This document shows, piece after piece, positions 1-9,522 of a stretch of DNA of 64,000 nt. Source of the DNA: an uncultured Candidatus Micrarchaeota archaeon (GTDB lineage: Archaea; Micrarchaeota; Micrarchaeia; Micrarchaeales; CABMGC01). The stretch is taken from NCBI GenBank assembly GCA_963753785.1, contig CAVWDL010000008.1, positions 166,064 through 230,063 of the forward strand, in the 5' to 3' direction. Within the stretch, counting starts at the first letter, position 1; the number at the start of each line of letters is the position of its first letter. Both the position numbers and the translations under genes were made by a program. Below the pieces are notes generated by a model, which searched no databases, was not told where the DNA came from, and saw only the letters and a program-made list of their open reading frames with translations.

Positions 1-120
1 GACGGGCGTCTTGTGGATCTCGACCTTTGAGAATCCTGCCCTGCTCAGAGTCTTCTCGAGATACTTCGATATCTCGTGCTTCACCATCGCGTCCTCGATA
101 AACTTTCGTTCTACTACCAT
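1..120 (-). CDS. rps3: 30S ribosomal protein uS3, first 40 codons only (gene continues beyond window start)
   Basis: The minus-strand ATG at 118-120 translates to MVVERKFIEDAMVKHEISKYLEKTLSRAGFSKVEIHKTPV, which resembles an archaeal uS3 N-terminus. The gene lies directly downstream of uL22, as in the conserved S10-type operon. Confidence 0.8.
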   Translation of the reverse strand, partial: MVVERKFIEDAMVKHEISKYLEKTLSRAGFSKVEIHKTPV

Positions 121-125
121 TAACG

Positions 126-725
126 TCACTTCTTCTTTGTCTCAGCCTTTGCGGATGCTGCTGCCTTCGGCTTGGCCTTGGGCTTAGCCTCGCGCACCCT
201 GTTTCGAACCTTTATGCCGCGCTTCATGTTCTCCGTGAGCGCCTGCTCCTCCGGGTTCGACACACCTATCTCTATCTTCGCGTATTCAAGGTCGCTGTGA
301 GTGCCAGATGATGTACCGTACTGCCCCCTGCCCCATGAGAGCGAGCCCTTTGACGGCCTTCTCCTCTCGATGTGGGTCTTGTTCGCGGAGGCGTGGACCA
401 CGAACAGCGAGTCCTGCGCCATCCCCTTCTTCTGGGAGTTCGCGATCGCGTTGACCATTATGTGCCTGACCTCGGTCGCGGCCTTTATAGGGTACGCGCC
501 CTTCCTGCCCTGGAGCTCGTGCCTGCTTCCCATGTACTTGTTGTACTTCTTGAAGGCGATGGGCATCTTCTCCGTGATTACACCCTCTAGGACCTTCTCC
601 GCCGCGTCCGTCCTCAGATACCTTATGGCGTCGCAGACGGCGGTCAGGTCCTTGTAGCTGGCGTTTATCTCGTAGCCCTGGGCTAGGGAGATGCCCTTCC
701 TGTCTATGTTGATTGAGTATTTCAT
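126..725 (-). CDS. rpl22: 50S ribosomal protein uL22 with a Lys/Ala-rich C-terminal tail
   Basis: The 199-aa ORF has a uL22-like core (YKDLTAVCDAIRY...AYPIKAA) and the expected operon position between uS19 and uS3. Confidence 0.9.
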   Translation of the reverse strand: MKYSINIDRKGISLAQGYEINASYKDLTAVCDAIRYLRTDAAEKVLEGVITEKMPIAFKKYNKYMGSRHELQGRKGAYPIKAATEVRHIMVNAIANSQKKGMAQDSLFVVHASANKTHIERRRPSKGSLSWGRGQYGTSSGTHSDLEYAKIEIGVSNPEEQALTENMKRGIKVRNRVREAKPKAKPKAAASAKAETKKK

Positions 726-727
726 GC

Positions 728-1120
728 CTACTTCACCGCGAGGAACTTGCTTCCCCTCGTTGCCTTGATTCCAGGCGCGGAGTGGACCACTCTCTTAGTC
801 GTGAACGAAAACTCGCCGAGCCTGTGTCCGAGCATCTCGGTCGATATGGTCATTTCCTTGAATTCCTTTCCGTCGTAAACAGCGAACTTCATTCCGAGCC
901 AGCTCGGGAGTATGAGCGCCTCTCTGACCTGCGTCTTTATCGCCTTCGTCGATCCCTTCTTCTTCACGGCGGCGGCCTTCTCTATGAGCGCCTTGTACTC
1001 CGCGCCCATCCTCTTGATGGCCCTCCTCTGCCTCGAAGTCACGAGCTTGGAGTACTCCTCCATGCCCATCGCTGACATCTCTTCCGGCGTCTTACCTCTA
1101 AAGTTGAATACTCGTGGCAT
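728..1120 (-). CDS. rps19: 30S ribosomal protein uS19
   Basis: The 130-aa ORF contains GMKFAVYDGKEF...GHRLGEFSFT, which is typical of uS19. Operon order supports the call. Confidence 0.95.
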   Translation of the reverse strand: MPRVFNFRGKTPEEMSAMGMEEYSKLVTSRQRRAIKRMGAEYKALIEKAAAVKKKGSTKAIKTQVREALILPSWLGMKFAVYDGKEFKEMTISTEMLGHRLGEFSFTTKRVVHSAPGIKATRGSKFLAVK

Positions 1121-1122
1121 AA

Positions 1123-1842
1123 TCAGCTCCTCTTCTTCCTTCCTACCCTGCTAGCCGCGATGTGCCCGACCTTCGCTCCAGGAGGAGCGTTGCGCGAGAT
1201 CATGCTTGAGGATCCCTTGTGGTGCTGCTTTCCTCCGAATGGGTGGTCGACCGGGTTGCACTTGACTCCCCTGTTGACAGGCCAAGGCGAGTTCGTCGCG
1301 TGGTGCATGTGGTGGCTCTTCCCCGCCTTCATTATCGGGCATGAGTCCTGTCCTCCGCCCGCGACCGCGCCTATCTGCGCCCTGCAGGCGGCGTCCATCA
1401 TGACAGTCATCTTGGCGGGAGTAAGCATAGTAACAGTGGTTTCAGTGTGAGCTACGACAGTCGCGAACCTTCCGGCGGACCTTGCGATCTTGCCGCCGTC
1501 TCCCGGAAGGACCTCGACGTTGTAAACGGGAGTCCCGTCCGGTATCTTGGAGAGAGGCAGTATGCTTCCAAGAGTGAGGTCCGCATCCACTCCCTCCTGG
1601 ATCTTCGCACCGACCCTGATGCCCTCGGGGGCCAGGAATATCGATGACGTGTTGTCTTCGTAAGTGACCTTCATCAGCGGGGCGCTGTGGCCGGGGTCGT
1701 CTATGAACTCCATGACCTCTGCGCTTATCTTGCCGTTGACCTTCCTCGATGGGAACATCACGTCGGCCTTGTAAGTGTTAGGAGGATTCCTGAACGCTCC
1801 AGTACCGCGTCCACGCCTTTGCTGATGAAGATTCTTTCCCAT
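1123..1842 (-). CDS. rpl2: 50S ribosomal protein uL2
   Basis: The 239-aa ORF contains the uL2 hallmark motif NPVDHPFGGKQHH. Operon order supports the call. Confidence 0.95.
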   Translation of the reverse strand: MGKNLHQQRRGRGTGAFRNPPNTYKADVMFPSRKVNGKISAEVMEFIDDPGHSAPLMKVTYEDNTSSIFLAPEGIRVGAKIQEGVDADLTLGSILPLSKIPDGTPVYNVEVLPGDGGKIARSAGRFATVVAHTETTVTMLTPAKMTVMMDAACRAQIGAVAGGGQDSCPIMKAGKSHHMHHATNSPWPVNRGVKCNPVDHPFGGKQHHKGSSSMISRNAPPGAKVGHIAASRVGRKKRS

Positions 1843-1851
1843 TTATGACAC

Positions 1852-2103
1852 CTATACGAGCTTCAGCTTGAGCGCTATGTCGCTCGCCTTGAACTCTTTC
1901 TTGAGCGTTATGTAGGCCCTCTTCCTGTTCTTGGCCTCTATCATTATATTTACTCTCTTGACCTTGACCTTGAATGAGTCCTCGAACTCCTTCTTTACGT
2001 CCGCCTTGTTCGACCTCATATCCACGATGTAGGTTATGACGTTGTCCCTCTCGATCATGTTGATCGCCTTCTCGGTTGCTATTGGATATTGAAGTGTTGT
2101 CAT
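1852..2103 (-). CDS. rpl23: 50S ribosomal protein uL23
   Basis: The 83-aa ORF lies between uL4 and uL2 and has a uL23-like sequence (YPIATEKAINMIERDNVITYIVD). Confidence 0.9.
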   Translation of the reverse strand: MTTLQYPIATEKAINMIERDNVITYIVDMRSNKADVKKEFEDSFKVKVKRVNIMIEAKNRKRAYITLKKEFKASDIALKLKLV

Positions 2104-2107
2104 GTGA

Positions 2108-2923
2108 TCACTGCTTGTAGTTCAGGACTGATGCCACTATTCCCTCCGGCAGTGCAGCTATCGCGGCCTCGGACCAGACGGTCAGCCTCGGCTTTGCTCC
2201 GGGGACGAGAACGCTTATCCTCATCCTGTCGACGCTTATGACGTCAACGCCGGGTATGTTCCTTCCGGCCTTTCCTATCTCCTTCGTGTCCTTCGCCACT
2301 ATGAGCACGCTGCTCCTGAAGTACCTCCTCTTGCTTCCCTTCCTGTTGCCCTCCTTGCCCTTGGGCTTGTGGGACCTTTCGAGGTCTTCCCTCACTCCGA
2401 GAGCCACCAGAACCTTCATGAGTTCCTTCGCCTTCGTTATCTTCTCTATTCCGGAGGACACCACTATGGGTATCTCGTTCGAGACAGAGTGATACTTCTT
2501 TATCAGTGAAGCGTTAGCGGATGCGGCCACGGCAATCTCTATCGCCTTGGTGTACTCCTTCCTGTTGATCTTCTCGATTATGTTCTTCCCCACCATGTGC
2601 GGGTGCGCCCTTCTTCCCTTTTTGGCGGAAGGGATTCTCCTTACCTCTCCCTGCGCTCCCTTGGCGAGCTTCTGCCTAGGCCTGGCAGGCCTTCCTATGT
2701 GCCTTCCGGTTCTGTATGTCGAGTACCTTCCGACATAGACCGCGGAGGTGTTCATTCCTGCGTCGACGTCGTGCCCCTGGGCCTGGTACTGCTGGCTCTG
2801 CTCGGCGAGGAGCGCCCTCTTCACGATGTCCTCGTTGTAAGTGGTGTTCTCGAATACCTTCGGCAGGGTCACCTTCTTCTCAACCTTGCCGTCAATGTGA
2901 TAGACATTTGCTTCCATGATCAT
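2108..2923 (-). CDS. rpl4: 50S ribosomal protein uL4
   Basis: The 271-aa ORF has a uL4-like central region (GRPARPRQKLAKG...RRAHPH). Its ATG overlaps the uL3 stop codon (ATGA). Confidence 0.9.
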   Translation of the reverse strand: MIMEANVYHIDGKVEKKVTLPKVFENTTYNEDIVKRALLAEQSQQYQAQGHDVDAGMNTSAVYVGRYSTYRTGRHIGRPARPRQKLAKGAQGEVRRIPSAKKGRRAHPHMVGKNIIEKINRKEYTKAIEIAVAASANASLIKKYHSVSNEIPIVVSSGIEKITKAKELMKVLVALGVREDLERSHKPKGKEGNRKGSKRRYFRSSVLIVAKDTKEIGKAGRNIPGVDVISVDRMRISVLVPGAKPRLTVWSEAAIAALPEGIVASVLNYKQ

Positions 2924-3882
2924 GCGCCCTGCTTAGACTCTGTCGATATGTAGGTTATCTTGGGCACAGTGACCTTGCCCTTCGCCCTTATCGCCTTCCT
3001 GATCCTCACGAACCTCTTCGCGGATCCAGGAATCGAACCTTCAATCATTATGTAGTCGCTCCTTATGTTTCCGAAATTCAGGAAGCCGCCCTTAGGGGTT
3101 ACCGCCAGCGAATCCTGCGCGGTGCCCATCTTGATTATTCTCTTGTTGAGCTCGGTTCGGTAGTTGAATCCGAGATGTCCCGCCATCGGCACTGAGAAGA
3201 GGACCTTAGGCGGGTGCCATGCTCCCAGGGTTCCGAGGTGCCTTATCTTTCCGGTGGACTTGTGGTACTGCCTCGCGACGCCGAACCTGCTCACAGGGCC
3301 TTCCCAGCCCTTGCCCTTCGAGACGCAGACGACGTCTATGAATTCGCCCAGTGCAAGCACTTCTGAGGACTTGACCTCCTTCCCGAATATCTTCTCTATG
3401 AATGCGATCTTCTCGGCGATTGTGTTTCCGCCCACAGGGACCTCGAACTGCATGAGCTTCTTTATGCCTATGTTCAGATCAGTAGGGTCCGCGAACGCGA
3501 GTGCGGTGACGTCCGTGTACTCGGCGGCGTTCTTCTTAAGCTCTTCGATGTTGGTGTCCTTCACCGTCTTCATTCCGAGCTTGAGCGCCAGAGCCTTGTC
3601 GTAGACGGTTCCGGTCGGCTGCTCGTAGAGGTACTTCTTTCCGTACGTCCTTACGCCGTAGATGAACATCTTTGGAAAAACAAGAAGAGTAACCGGCCTG
3701 AAGATCTCCTGGCCTTTTGAAGGGGAAAGAGAGTCGTCGACGACCATGACGTGGGTCATTCCCGCCTTGAATGCGGGCAGAGTGAGCACTGACGGCGTCT
3801 TGGACTCCGGCCAATTCCTTATTCTTGGCAGTAGCTTGTGAGCCCTTCTGTGCGGCCAATACTCTAGTGAACCTCGTCTCAT
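2920..3882 (-). CDS. rpl3: 50S ribosomal protein uL3
   Basis: The ORF track extends to 3930, but the uL3-like N-terminus MRRGSLEYWPHRRA begins at the ATG at 3882. The C-terminal part (FKAGMTHVM...GKGWEGPVSRFGV) is typical of uL3. Confidence 0.9.
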   Translation of the reverse strand: MRRGSLEYWPHRRAHKLLPRIRNWPESKTPSVLTLPAFKAGMTHVMVVDDSLSPSKGQEIFRPVTLLVFPKMFIYGVRTYGKKYLYEQPTGTVYDKALALKLGMKTVKDTNIEELKKNAAEYTDVTALAFADPTDLNIGIKKLMQFEVPVGGNTIAEKIAFIEKIFGKEVKSSEVLALGEFIDVVCVSKGKGWEGPVSRFGVARQYHKSTGKIRHLGTLGAWHPPKVLFSVPMAGHLGFNYRTELNKRIIKMGTAQDSLAVTPKGGFLNFGNIRSDYIMIEGSIPGSAKRFVRIRKAIRAKGKVTVPKITYISTESKQGA

Positions 3883-4003
3883 GTTTATGCACTTTAAAAT
3901 GAGCGCAAAACCGAACAGTGCAACTTGCACACTGAATTACGGAGTTAATGCGCGATTTACATTTATATTAATATCGGAATTAGTGGAATAAAGGGAGTGC
4001 ACG

Positions 4004-4228
4004 TTATTTTACTACCGAATCCACGCTACTTACCACTTTCAGCTGCTTGATCGCGCTCCCGAGAGAGGCCATCAGAGAGGTTGCATCGCCCGCCTTCGCG
4101 ACGACCTCGATCGTTCCCTTTTTCGAAGAGAAAGAGGCGCTTCCTCTCTTGAAGCGCTCCCCCTTTCCGACAATCTTCACGTATTCCTTCGCGTCGTCGC
4201 CGATACTTATCGTTAGCTTCGCGATCAA
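4004..4228 (-). CDS. Small Pcc1-like protein (putative KEOPS subunit), about 74 aa
   Basis: Only the C-terminal 74 codons of the 242-aa track ORF look coding; the rest overlaps eL15 out of frame. The sequence IAKLTISIGDD...VVAKAGDATSLMASLGSAIKQLKVV resembles the Pcc1 motif (A.D..aLRa..nS.lr.ikv). The putative TTG start overlaps the eL15 stop (TTGA). Confidence 0.5.
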   Translation of the reverse strand: MIAKLTISIGDDAKEYVKIVGKGERFKRGSASFSSKKGTIEVVAKAGDATSLMASLGSAIKQLKVVSSVDSVVK

Positions 4229-4824
4229 GACGAGCCCCTGCTTGAATGCCTCTTGCTCTGCCCGCGTCCTACGCTCGGCCTGCTCTGGGTGGTTCCGAAG
4301 CCCTTGTTGCGCAGGCCCCTGTGCCTCTTGCCAAGGCTTGTGAGACCCCTGTCCGCCCTTCCCCTCTGTGCGATTATGTTCGCATAGACAGGGTCGTTGA
4401 GCAGAGCAGGATGCGACGCGTCGAGAAGTATGACCTCGAAGAACTTGTACTCTCCATCCTCTCCGACGTAGTATGAGTTGAGGACTTCGCAGTTCGCGAA
4501 CTTCTTCGCGGCCCTCTCCTCCGCCATTGCCTGGAGAGACTTTCTGTAAGCGTAAAACATACCCTGCTTTGAAGGCTTCCTTCCCGCCTTGATCTTCCTC
4601 CTCTTGCTGAGCCCCCTTCCGACGCGGACCCTGGCCATGACTATTCCCTGCTTGGCCTTGTATCCGAGCTCCCTCGCCCTGGCTATGTTTGTGGGCCTCT
4701 CGACCTTTTCGACGGGGGACTCCTTCCTCCATGTCATTATCCTGTTCTTTAGAGCCTGGTCCCTGGTCTTGTACTCGTTCTGGAATGATTCAAGCATGTG
4801 TTTGTACGCGTTCATCCGTAACAC
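4225..4824 (-). CDS. rpl15e: 50S ribosomal protein eL15
   Basis: The 199-aa ORF is eL15-like throughout (YKHMLESFQ...RVRVGRGLSKRR...GYKFFEVILLD). Confidence 0.9.
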   Translation of the reverse strand: MLRMNAYKHMLESFQNEYKTRDQALKNRIMTWRKESPVEKVERPTNIARARELGYKAKQGIVMARVRVGRGLSKRRKIKAGRKPSKQGMFYAYRKSLQAMAEERAAKKFANCEVLNSYYVGEDGEYKFFEVILLDASHPALLNDPVYANIIAQRGRADRGLTSLGKRHRGLRNKGFGTTQSRPSVGRGQSKRHSSRGSS

Positions 4825-4848
4825 CGAAAATAAGCCTGTTGCTTTGGT

Positions 4849-6006
4849 TCAACTGGCTGACTGTATATCTGCTAGCCCTTTCAAGTATAAATAGGTTGCT
4901 GCGTAGGTCGGTAGGGTGACGGTTTCGTCCTTGTAGGGCCCGAACTCCTGGTTGTTCAGGACCAGCTTGTATTTCGAGTTGGCGCGGACGGTGAGCTCGC
5001 CCTCCTTGAAAGCTATCGCATCAACTAGCGGATTGAAGCCGTCGAGGGCGGCGCGCGACTGGAGCTTCTTTGCGATCAGTCCGGCCCCTCCGTGTATGGT
5101 GTTCGGAAGTCGCATCAGGTGCGACGGGTCCCTGGTTACGCCCTTGTCTATCTTGTTCCCCTCCTTTATGGCTTGGTTGTGGACGAGGTTTCCTAGCACT
5201 TCGTCCCTGTGGGGGATGTTATGGAAGTCCCAGTTCCCTGCGTTTATCTGGGCCCTGACAAAGGGGGAATTTCTGAATATCCACGATGCGGTCTCCTTGT
5301 CTATCCCGAGGGCCATCATGGATTCCTTGCTGTAGGCAGCATCGAGGAACGCCTGCGCGACCTTCCTCCTCCATCCTCCGTCGGAAGGCTTGGGCCCCAC
5401 ATGCTTTCCCCTCGGGTTCTCGCTGTAGTCCTTCGTGAAGAAGGCGTTGAAATCCGGTTCCTGACCGAAGATGTAGTTGCTCATCTCCTCCCTCGCGCTC
5501 GTGCCAAGCATCATTATGCTCTCCCTGCGGACGTGCAGGTGGTATCCCCTGTTGCCGCTGAAATTTATCTCGATCTCCTTCTCGGAGAAACCGAAGTCCG
5601 CGATCAGGAAGTCCTCTATCAGCTTTATCACCTCGCGCTTCGATGCCTCGAGGCACTTGTCGCAGATCCATTCCTGCCCGTGGTCCAGCTTGCAGGGCGT
5701 CGGTATGTCGTTCGCGTCGATATCGAACCTCAGTTCCGATCCGAGCCAGCCCTTCCGCTCCATCGGCCTGGCGTCGGGAAGCTTGTAGTAAGCGGCAGAG
5801 TAGTCCACGAACGGCGGTGCTGAGTTCACCAAGTACTTCTCGAACTCGGAAGCGCTCTTGAACGCCATGTGCCTGAACGCTATCTTGCTCTCGAACGTTC
5901 CGAACCCGAACTCGCGCTGCTCCAGTTTGTCGGGGGCGATGTTGTGCACCGATTTGTAGTAGTCCCTGATGAATCCAGATACTATTTTGTTGCCGATTTG
6001 CGACAT
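4849..6006 (-). CDS. priS: DNA primase small (catalytic) subunit PriS
   Basis: The AEP primase motifs LRFDIDAND and NFSGNRGYHLHV are present. The track ORF extends to 6153, but the likely start is the ATG at 6006 (MSQIGNKIV). Confidence 0.85.
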   Translation of the reverse strand: MSQIGNKIVSGFIRDYYKSVHNIAPDKLEQREFGFGTFESKIAFRHMAFKSASEFEKYLVNSAPPFVDYSAAYYKLPDARPMERKGWLGSELRFDIDANDIPTPCKLDHGQEWICDKCLEASKREVIKLIEDFLIADFGFSEKEIEINFSGNRGYHLHVRRESIMMLGTSAREEMSNYIFGQEPDFNAFFTKDYSENPRGKHVGPKPSDGGWRRKVAQAFLDAAYSKESMMALGIDKETASWIFRNSPFVRAQINAGNWDFHNIPHRDEVLGNLVHNQAIKEGNKIDKGVTRDPSHLMRLPNTIHGGAGLIAKKLQSRAALDGFNPLVDAIAFKEGELTVRANSKYKLVLNNQEFGPYKDETVTLPTYAATYLYLKGLADIQSAS

Positions 6007-6069
6007 GAGCAGCACCGTCGCTACTACTGGCTCTGAAAGTAATAAAATACTTGGCTGGAAAGCATACGC

Positions 6070-6429
6070 ATGGACACTGAGGTAAAGCAGGTCATAGTCG
6101 TCAGGAAGGACCTCAAGATGGGAGCGGGGAAGCTGTCGGCGCAGGTGGCGCACGCATCGGTGTCGAGTTACATCGAGTCCGTGAAGAAGGACGAGAAGGT
6201 CGCGAAGGCGTGGATCAACAGCGGGCAGAAGAAGATAGTCCTGGCCGTCGACGACGAGGAGAGCCTGAAGAAGCTGCAGAAGGCCTTCCTGTACGAGGGC
6301 GTGCCTTGCGCTCTCATAAACGACGCGGGACTCACACAGCTGCCCCCTGGAACCACTACGACATTAGGGATAGGTCCGGACTTCGCCGAGAAGATAGACA
6401 AGTTCACCAGGCCGCTGAAGCTTTTCTGA
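6070..6429 (+). CDS. pth2: Peptidyl-tRNA hydrolase, archaeal type (Pth2)
   Basis: The 119-aa ORF contains KQVIVVRKDLKMGAGKLSAQVAHAS...DAGLTQLPPGTTTTLGIGP, which is diagnostic of Pth2. Confidence 0.9.
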   Translation: MDTEVKQVIVVRKDLKMGAGKLSAQVAHASVSSYIESVKKDEKVAKAWINSGQKKIVLAVDDEESLKKLQKAFLYEGVPCALINDAGLTQLPPGTTTTLGIGPDFAEKIDKFTRPLKLF

Positions 6430-6500
6430 GCAGCAATGACTCTGCGCAGTCCCATCGTGTTGGTGCAGATATCTCTGTTTTTAGGCGTAAAAATGAATTC

Positions 6501-6728
6501 TCAGGATTTCATGCTTTTCTTTTTGTATAGATAGGCTATGGCGCTCGTCACCCAGGCAATCATCAATCCAACTCCGACTCCTCTAAAATATATGTTGTTT
6601 GTGAGGTATCCGACTAAAATGAATATAACGCTCAGAACTAACTCGAATAATATGAGCGTCGTATCCAACCGTCCCAAAAGCGCCAACCTCCACGCAGGAA
6701 TGGTTTTTTTCTCCATGCTTTTCACCAT
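6501..6728 (-). CDS. Small hypothetical membrane protein (two predicted TM helices)
   Basis: The 75-aa ORF has two hydrophobic stretches. I recognise no family. Confidence 0.35.
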   Translation of the reverse strand: MVKSMEKKTIPAWRLALLGRLDTTLILFELVLSVIFILVGYLTNNIYFRGVGVGLMIAWVTSAIAYLYKKKSMKS

Positions 6729-6771
6729 TTTAATACAACTGCCGTGAAGTTATGTCTTTGGAAGGTGACGA

Positions 6772-7122
6772 TTACTTTCTGTTGAAGTCGTCCTCGATCC
6801 GGACGATGTCGTTCTCGTCGAACTTTCCGGAAGCAAGCTCGAGCACCACCGCGTCCTCGACACCGATGATCCTGTGCTTCGCCATCTTCGGGATGGTTAT
6901 CTCGCCTCCTGCCCTGAGCGGGATCCTCCTGCCGTTGAGAACCGCAACTATCTTCCCAGAGACCACGTGCCAGAATTCAGAGCGTCCCTTGTGGTACTGG
7001 TAGCTCAGCCTCTTGCCCTTCTTGACGTAAAGCAGCTTAACCGTGCTCTTCTCGTTGGCGGTGAACTGCTCGAACTTCCCCCAAGGACGCTTGTCGACGA
7101 TTTTCTTGCTCATGCAGGCCAC
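6772..7122 (-). CDS. Cupin-domain protein (phosphomannose-isomerase-like C-terminal cupin)
   Basis: The sequence KRPWGKFEQF...LSYQYHKGRSEFWHVVSGK...IPKMAKHRI matches the cupin two-motif pattern. Confidence 0.6.
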   Translation of the reverse strand: MACMSKKIVDKRPWGKFEQFTANEKSTVKLLYVKKGKRLSYQYHKGRSEFWHVVSGKIVAVLNGRRIPLRAGGEITIPKMAKHRIIGVEDAVVLELASGKFDENDIVRIEDDFNRK

Positions 7123-7123
7123 C

Positions 7124-8041
7124 CTATTTCACGTAAGTGAGCCAGTCGAAGAACTCTTCGTTGCGACCCTTCATCACTCCGTCGAAGTCCACGCTGAGCA
7201 TCTTCGTTATGGGCCCTATTTTTCCCTTGCCTATCTTTCTGGAGTCTATCTCTGTTATCGGGGTCAGTTCGGCCGCGGTGCCGGTGAAGAAGACCTCGTC
7301 GCTTAGGTAGAGCTCCTCCCTGTGGACCTGCCTCTCCTCCACGGTGATTCCCTTGCTCTCGGCCATCTTTATTATGCTGTCCCTGGTTATCCCGAGAAGT
7401 ATGTCGGCCTCCTTCGATGGCGTGACGAGCTTGTTGTCCTGAACGAGGAATATGTTCTCGCCCGGGCCTTCTGCGACATAGCCGTCGCCGGAAAGCAGTA
7501 TCGCCTCGTCCGCGCCCGCCCTCTTGGCCTCGGTGGAGCAGAGTATGGAGTTCAGGTAGTTTCCGCTCGCCTTTGCCTCGGGAGGCAGGACCAGCGAGTT
7601 TATCCTGTGCCATGAGGACACCTTGCATTTTATGCCCGCGTCCTTGTTTGTGAAATAGCTGCCGAATGGCACAGCTGCCACGACAACGCTCACTTTCTTG
7701 CCTATCGGGTTGAGACCTATCTTCTGGTCGTTGTAGAATCCGAACGGCCTTATGTAGCACTCCGGGAGTTTGTTCTTCCTGACTGTTCCGACTATCGCCT
7801 CCTCTATCCCGTCCACTCCGAAGCCGAGATCCATGCCGTAGATCTTCGCGCTGTTCAGGAACCTCTTGACGTGGTCTCTCATCCTGAATACGGCGGTGCC
7901 GTCCTTCGCCTGGTATGCCCTCAGCCCCTCGAACACGCCGCTCCCGTACTGCACAGAGTGCGTCAGGACGTGAACGTTCGCGTCCTCGAACGCGACGAAC
8001 TTGCCGTCAAACCAAACATATTGCTTAGCCCCCATTTCCAT
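7124..8041 (-). CDS. ilvE: Branched-chain amino acid aminotransferase
   Basis: The 305-aa ORF is typical of fold-type IV aminotransferases (FDGKFV...YGSGVFEGLRAY...NYLNSIL...EGPGENIF). Confidence 0.85.
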   Translation of the reverse strand: MEMGAKQYVWFDGKFVAFEDANVHVLTHSVQYGSGVFEGLRAYQAKDGTAVFRMRDHVKRFLNSAKIYGMDLGFGVDGIEEAIVGTVRKNKLPECYIRPFGFYNDQKIGLNPIGKKVSVVVAAVPFGSYFTNKDAGIKCKVSSWHRINSLVLPPEAKASGNYLNSILCSTEAKRAGADEAILLSGDGYVAEGPGENIFLVQDNKLVTPSKEADILLGITRDSIIKMAESKGITVEERQVHREELYLSDEVFFTGTAAELTPITEIDSRKIGKGKIGPITKMLSVDFDGVMKGRNEEFFDWLTYVK

Positions 8042-8108
8042 CAGTCTCGTATTGGAAAGAAAAATTAAAATAGTCAGAGCAACGGCTGCCGCTCCGCGGA
8101 AGGGACGT

Positions 8109-8127
8109 CCCGAGCGTCACGCTCGGG
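8109..8127 (-). terminator. GC-rich hairpin immediately 3' of the wHTH gene
   Basis: The sequence CCCGAGCG-tca-CGCTCGGG forms a perfect 8-bp stem 4 nt beyond the stop at 8131. Function is inferred only. Confidence 0.3.
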
Positions 8128-8130
8128 GCC

Positions 8131-8466
8131 TCAGTTGAGAAATGCCCTCATCCGTATCATCGGCAGCTGCTGCCCCATGGGCTTCGCCCTGTTGACGTGG
8201 CCCCTGAAAACCTCCAGACCCTGCTTGGTCATGCTCAGAGGCTTGCATGCTTCCCCTTTCTCCGTGAATTCCACCACACCTTCCTTTTTCAACTTCTTCA
8301 AGCAGTACCATGCTCCGCTCTTCGATATTCCGTACTTGCCGCAGACGTACTCCACGAAGCTCGTGGCGGTCGCTATCTCATCTAGCCCTATCTCAGCGAG
8401 GAGGAGGACCTCCTTGTCACTGAAACAAACCTCAAGAGTAGTGTACTTTAGTCTTCCCATTTGCAT
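8131..8466 (-). CDS. Winged-helix DNA-binding protein (putative transcription regulator)
   Basis: The 111-aa ORF has a wHTH-like segment (GISKSGAWYCLKKLKKEGVVEF...LSMTKQGLEV). Confidence 0.55.
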   Translation of the reverse strand: MQMGRLKYTTLEVCFSDKEVLLLAEIGLDEIATATSFVEYVCGKYGISKSGAWYCLKKLKKEGVVEFTEKGEACKPLSMTKQGLEVFRGHVNRAKPMGQQLPMIRMRAFLN

Positions 8467-8665
8467 AAGAGCACCGAAAACAGAAGAAGAGACAGAACCC
8501 TTATGCCCAGAGCCTTGTGTTATTTGTAAAATAAGGCTTCAGTGAAAGCATGGCTATGCTAACGCAGTAGATCTGCTTAACATGGAACCCTGCTTTCATG
8601 ACTAACACACGTGATTTATTAGTCTTTGTTAGTATTATTAAATCTTTTGTACTAAGGTATGCCAA

Positions 8666-9520
8666 ATGTTGCAAAGTATAATCCCGATAACCACGCTTCT
8701 GGCGATAGTGATCCTCTACGCTACTTTCGACCTCTTCAACAAGAGAAACGTGCCTGACCTTTTCGCGTACGCCAGCATAGTCGCGGGACTCGTAATAACG
8801 GTCGTGTACAACTCGGACACGCTTGCGCTGAGCCTGGGAATCGCGGCGGCAGTGGGAATCATAAGCTATGCCGTGTACAGGCTCGGGCTTTGGGGAGCTG
8901 GCGACGGATTCGAGTTGGTGGCGGTGAGCCTCATCTTCCCTCTGCAGCCGATGCCGCTGTTCGGATACGTGCCGCAGTTCGGGCTGCCGTTCGTGCTGTC
9001 CGTGTTCGTCATGACCGGCCTTGTTGCGACGCTGGCAGTGCCTTTCTACTATCTCCTGTTCACGAAGAGGACAGTGGTCAGGGAAAAGACCGGGCTCAAG
9101 CACATGTTTTTCGGCATACTGCTCCTGTCACTCTACGCTTTCCTGTTCATCTTCACCTTCTTCTTCGACCACCTCACGCTCGGCAGCATGCTGCTGATGA
9201 TCCTAATAGCGGTGCCATCTTCCATAACGCTCATGTTCGAGGAGAAGATAACGGCGAGGATGGTGACGGACACATCCCCGAAGGAGCTTGAGGAAGGGGA
9301 CATCATAGCGTTCAACATGATGAGTGAGAAGGAGATGCACTACTTCACGAAGAAGTATCCCAAGTTCGGGAGGCTTGCCACAAAGAAGGCGATCAGGGAG
9401 CTCAGGAATGAGAAGCACACACTTCCAGTGTACAAGAACGCCGCGCCGCTTGCGGTCTTCATAGGCGCGGGGGTCGTGTTCTCCCTGCTGTTCGGGAACA
9501 TCATATTCCTGCTGCTGTGA
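8666..9520 (+). CDS. Archaeal type IV prepilin/preflagellin peptidase (A24 family, FlaK/PibD-like)
   Basis: The protein is polytopic. The first catalytic Asp lies in YATFDLFNKRNVPD and the second in the GxGD motif (LWGAGDGFELV). Confidence 0.7.
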   Translation: MLQSIIPITTLLAIVILYATFDLFNKRNVPDLFAYASIVAGLVITVVYNSDTLALSLGIAAAVGIISYAVYRLGLWGAGDGFELVAVSLIFPLQPMPLFGYVPQFGLPFVLSVFVMTGLVATLAVPFYYLLFTKRTVVREKTGLKHMFFGILLLSLYAFLFIFTFFFDHLTLGSMLLMILIAVPSSITLMFEEKITARMVTDTSPKELEEGDIIAFNMMSEKEMHYFTKKYPKFGRLATKKAIRELRNEKHTLPVYKNAAPLAVFIGAGVVFSLLFGNIIFLLL

Positions 9521-9522
9521 TC

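Noticed and set aside
4229-4732. The N-terminal two-thirds of the 242-aa ORF 4004-4732.
   Set aside because: This part overlaps eL15 in another frame and translates to Arg/Gly/Glu-rich sequence with no recognisable features. Only the last 74 codons or so, downstream of the eL15 stop, resemble a real protein (Pcc1-like).
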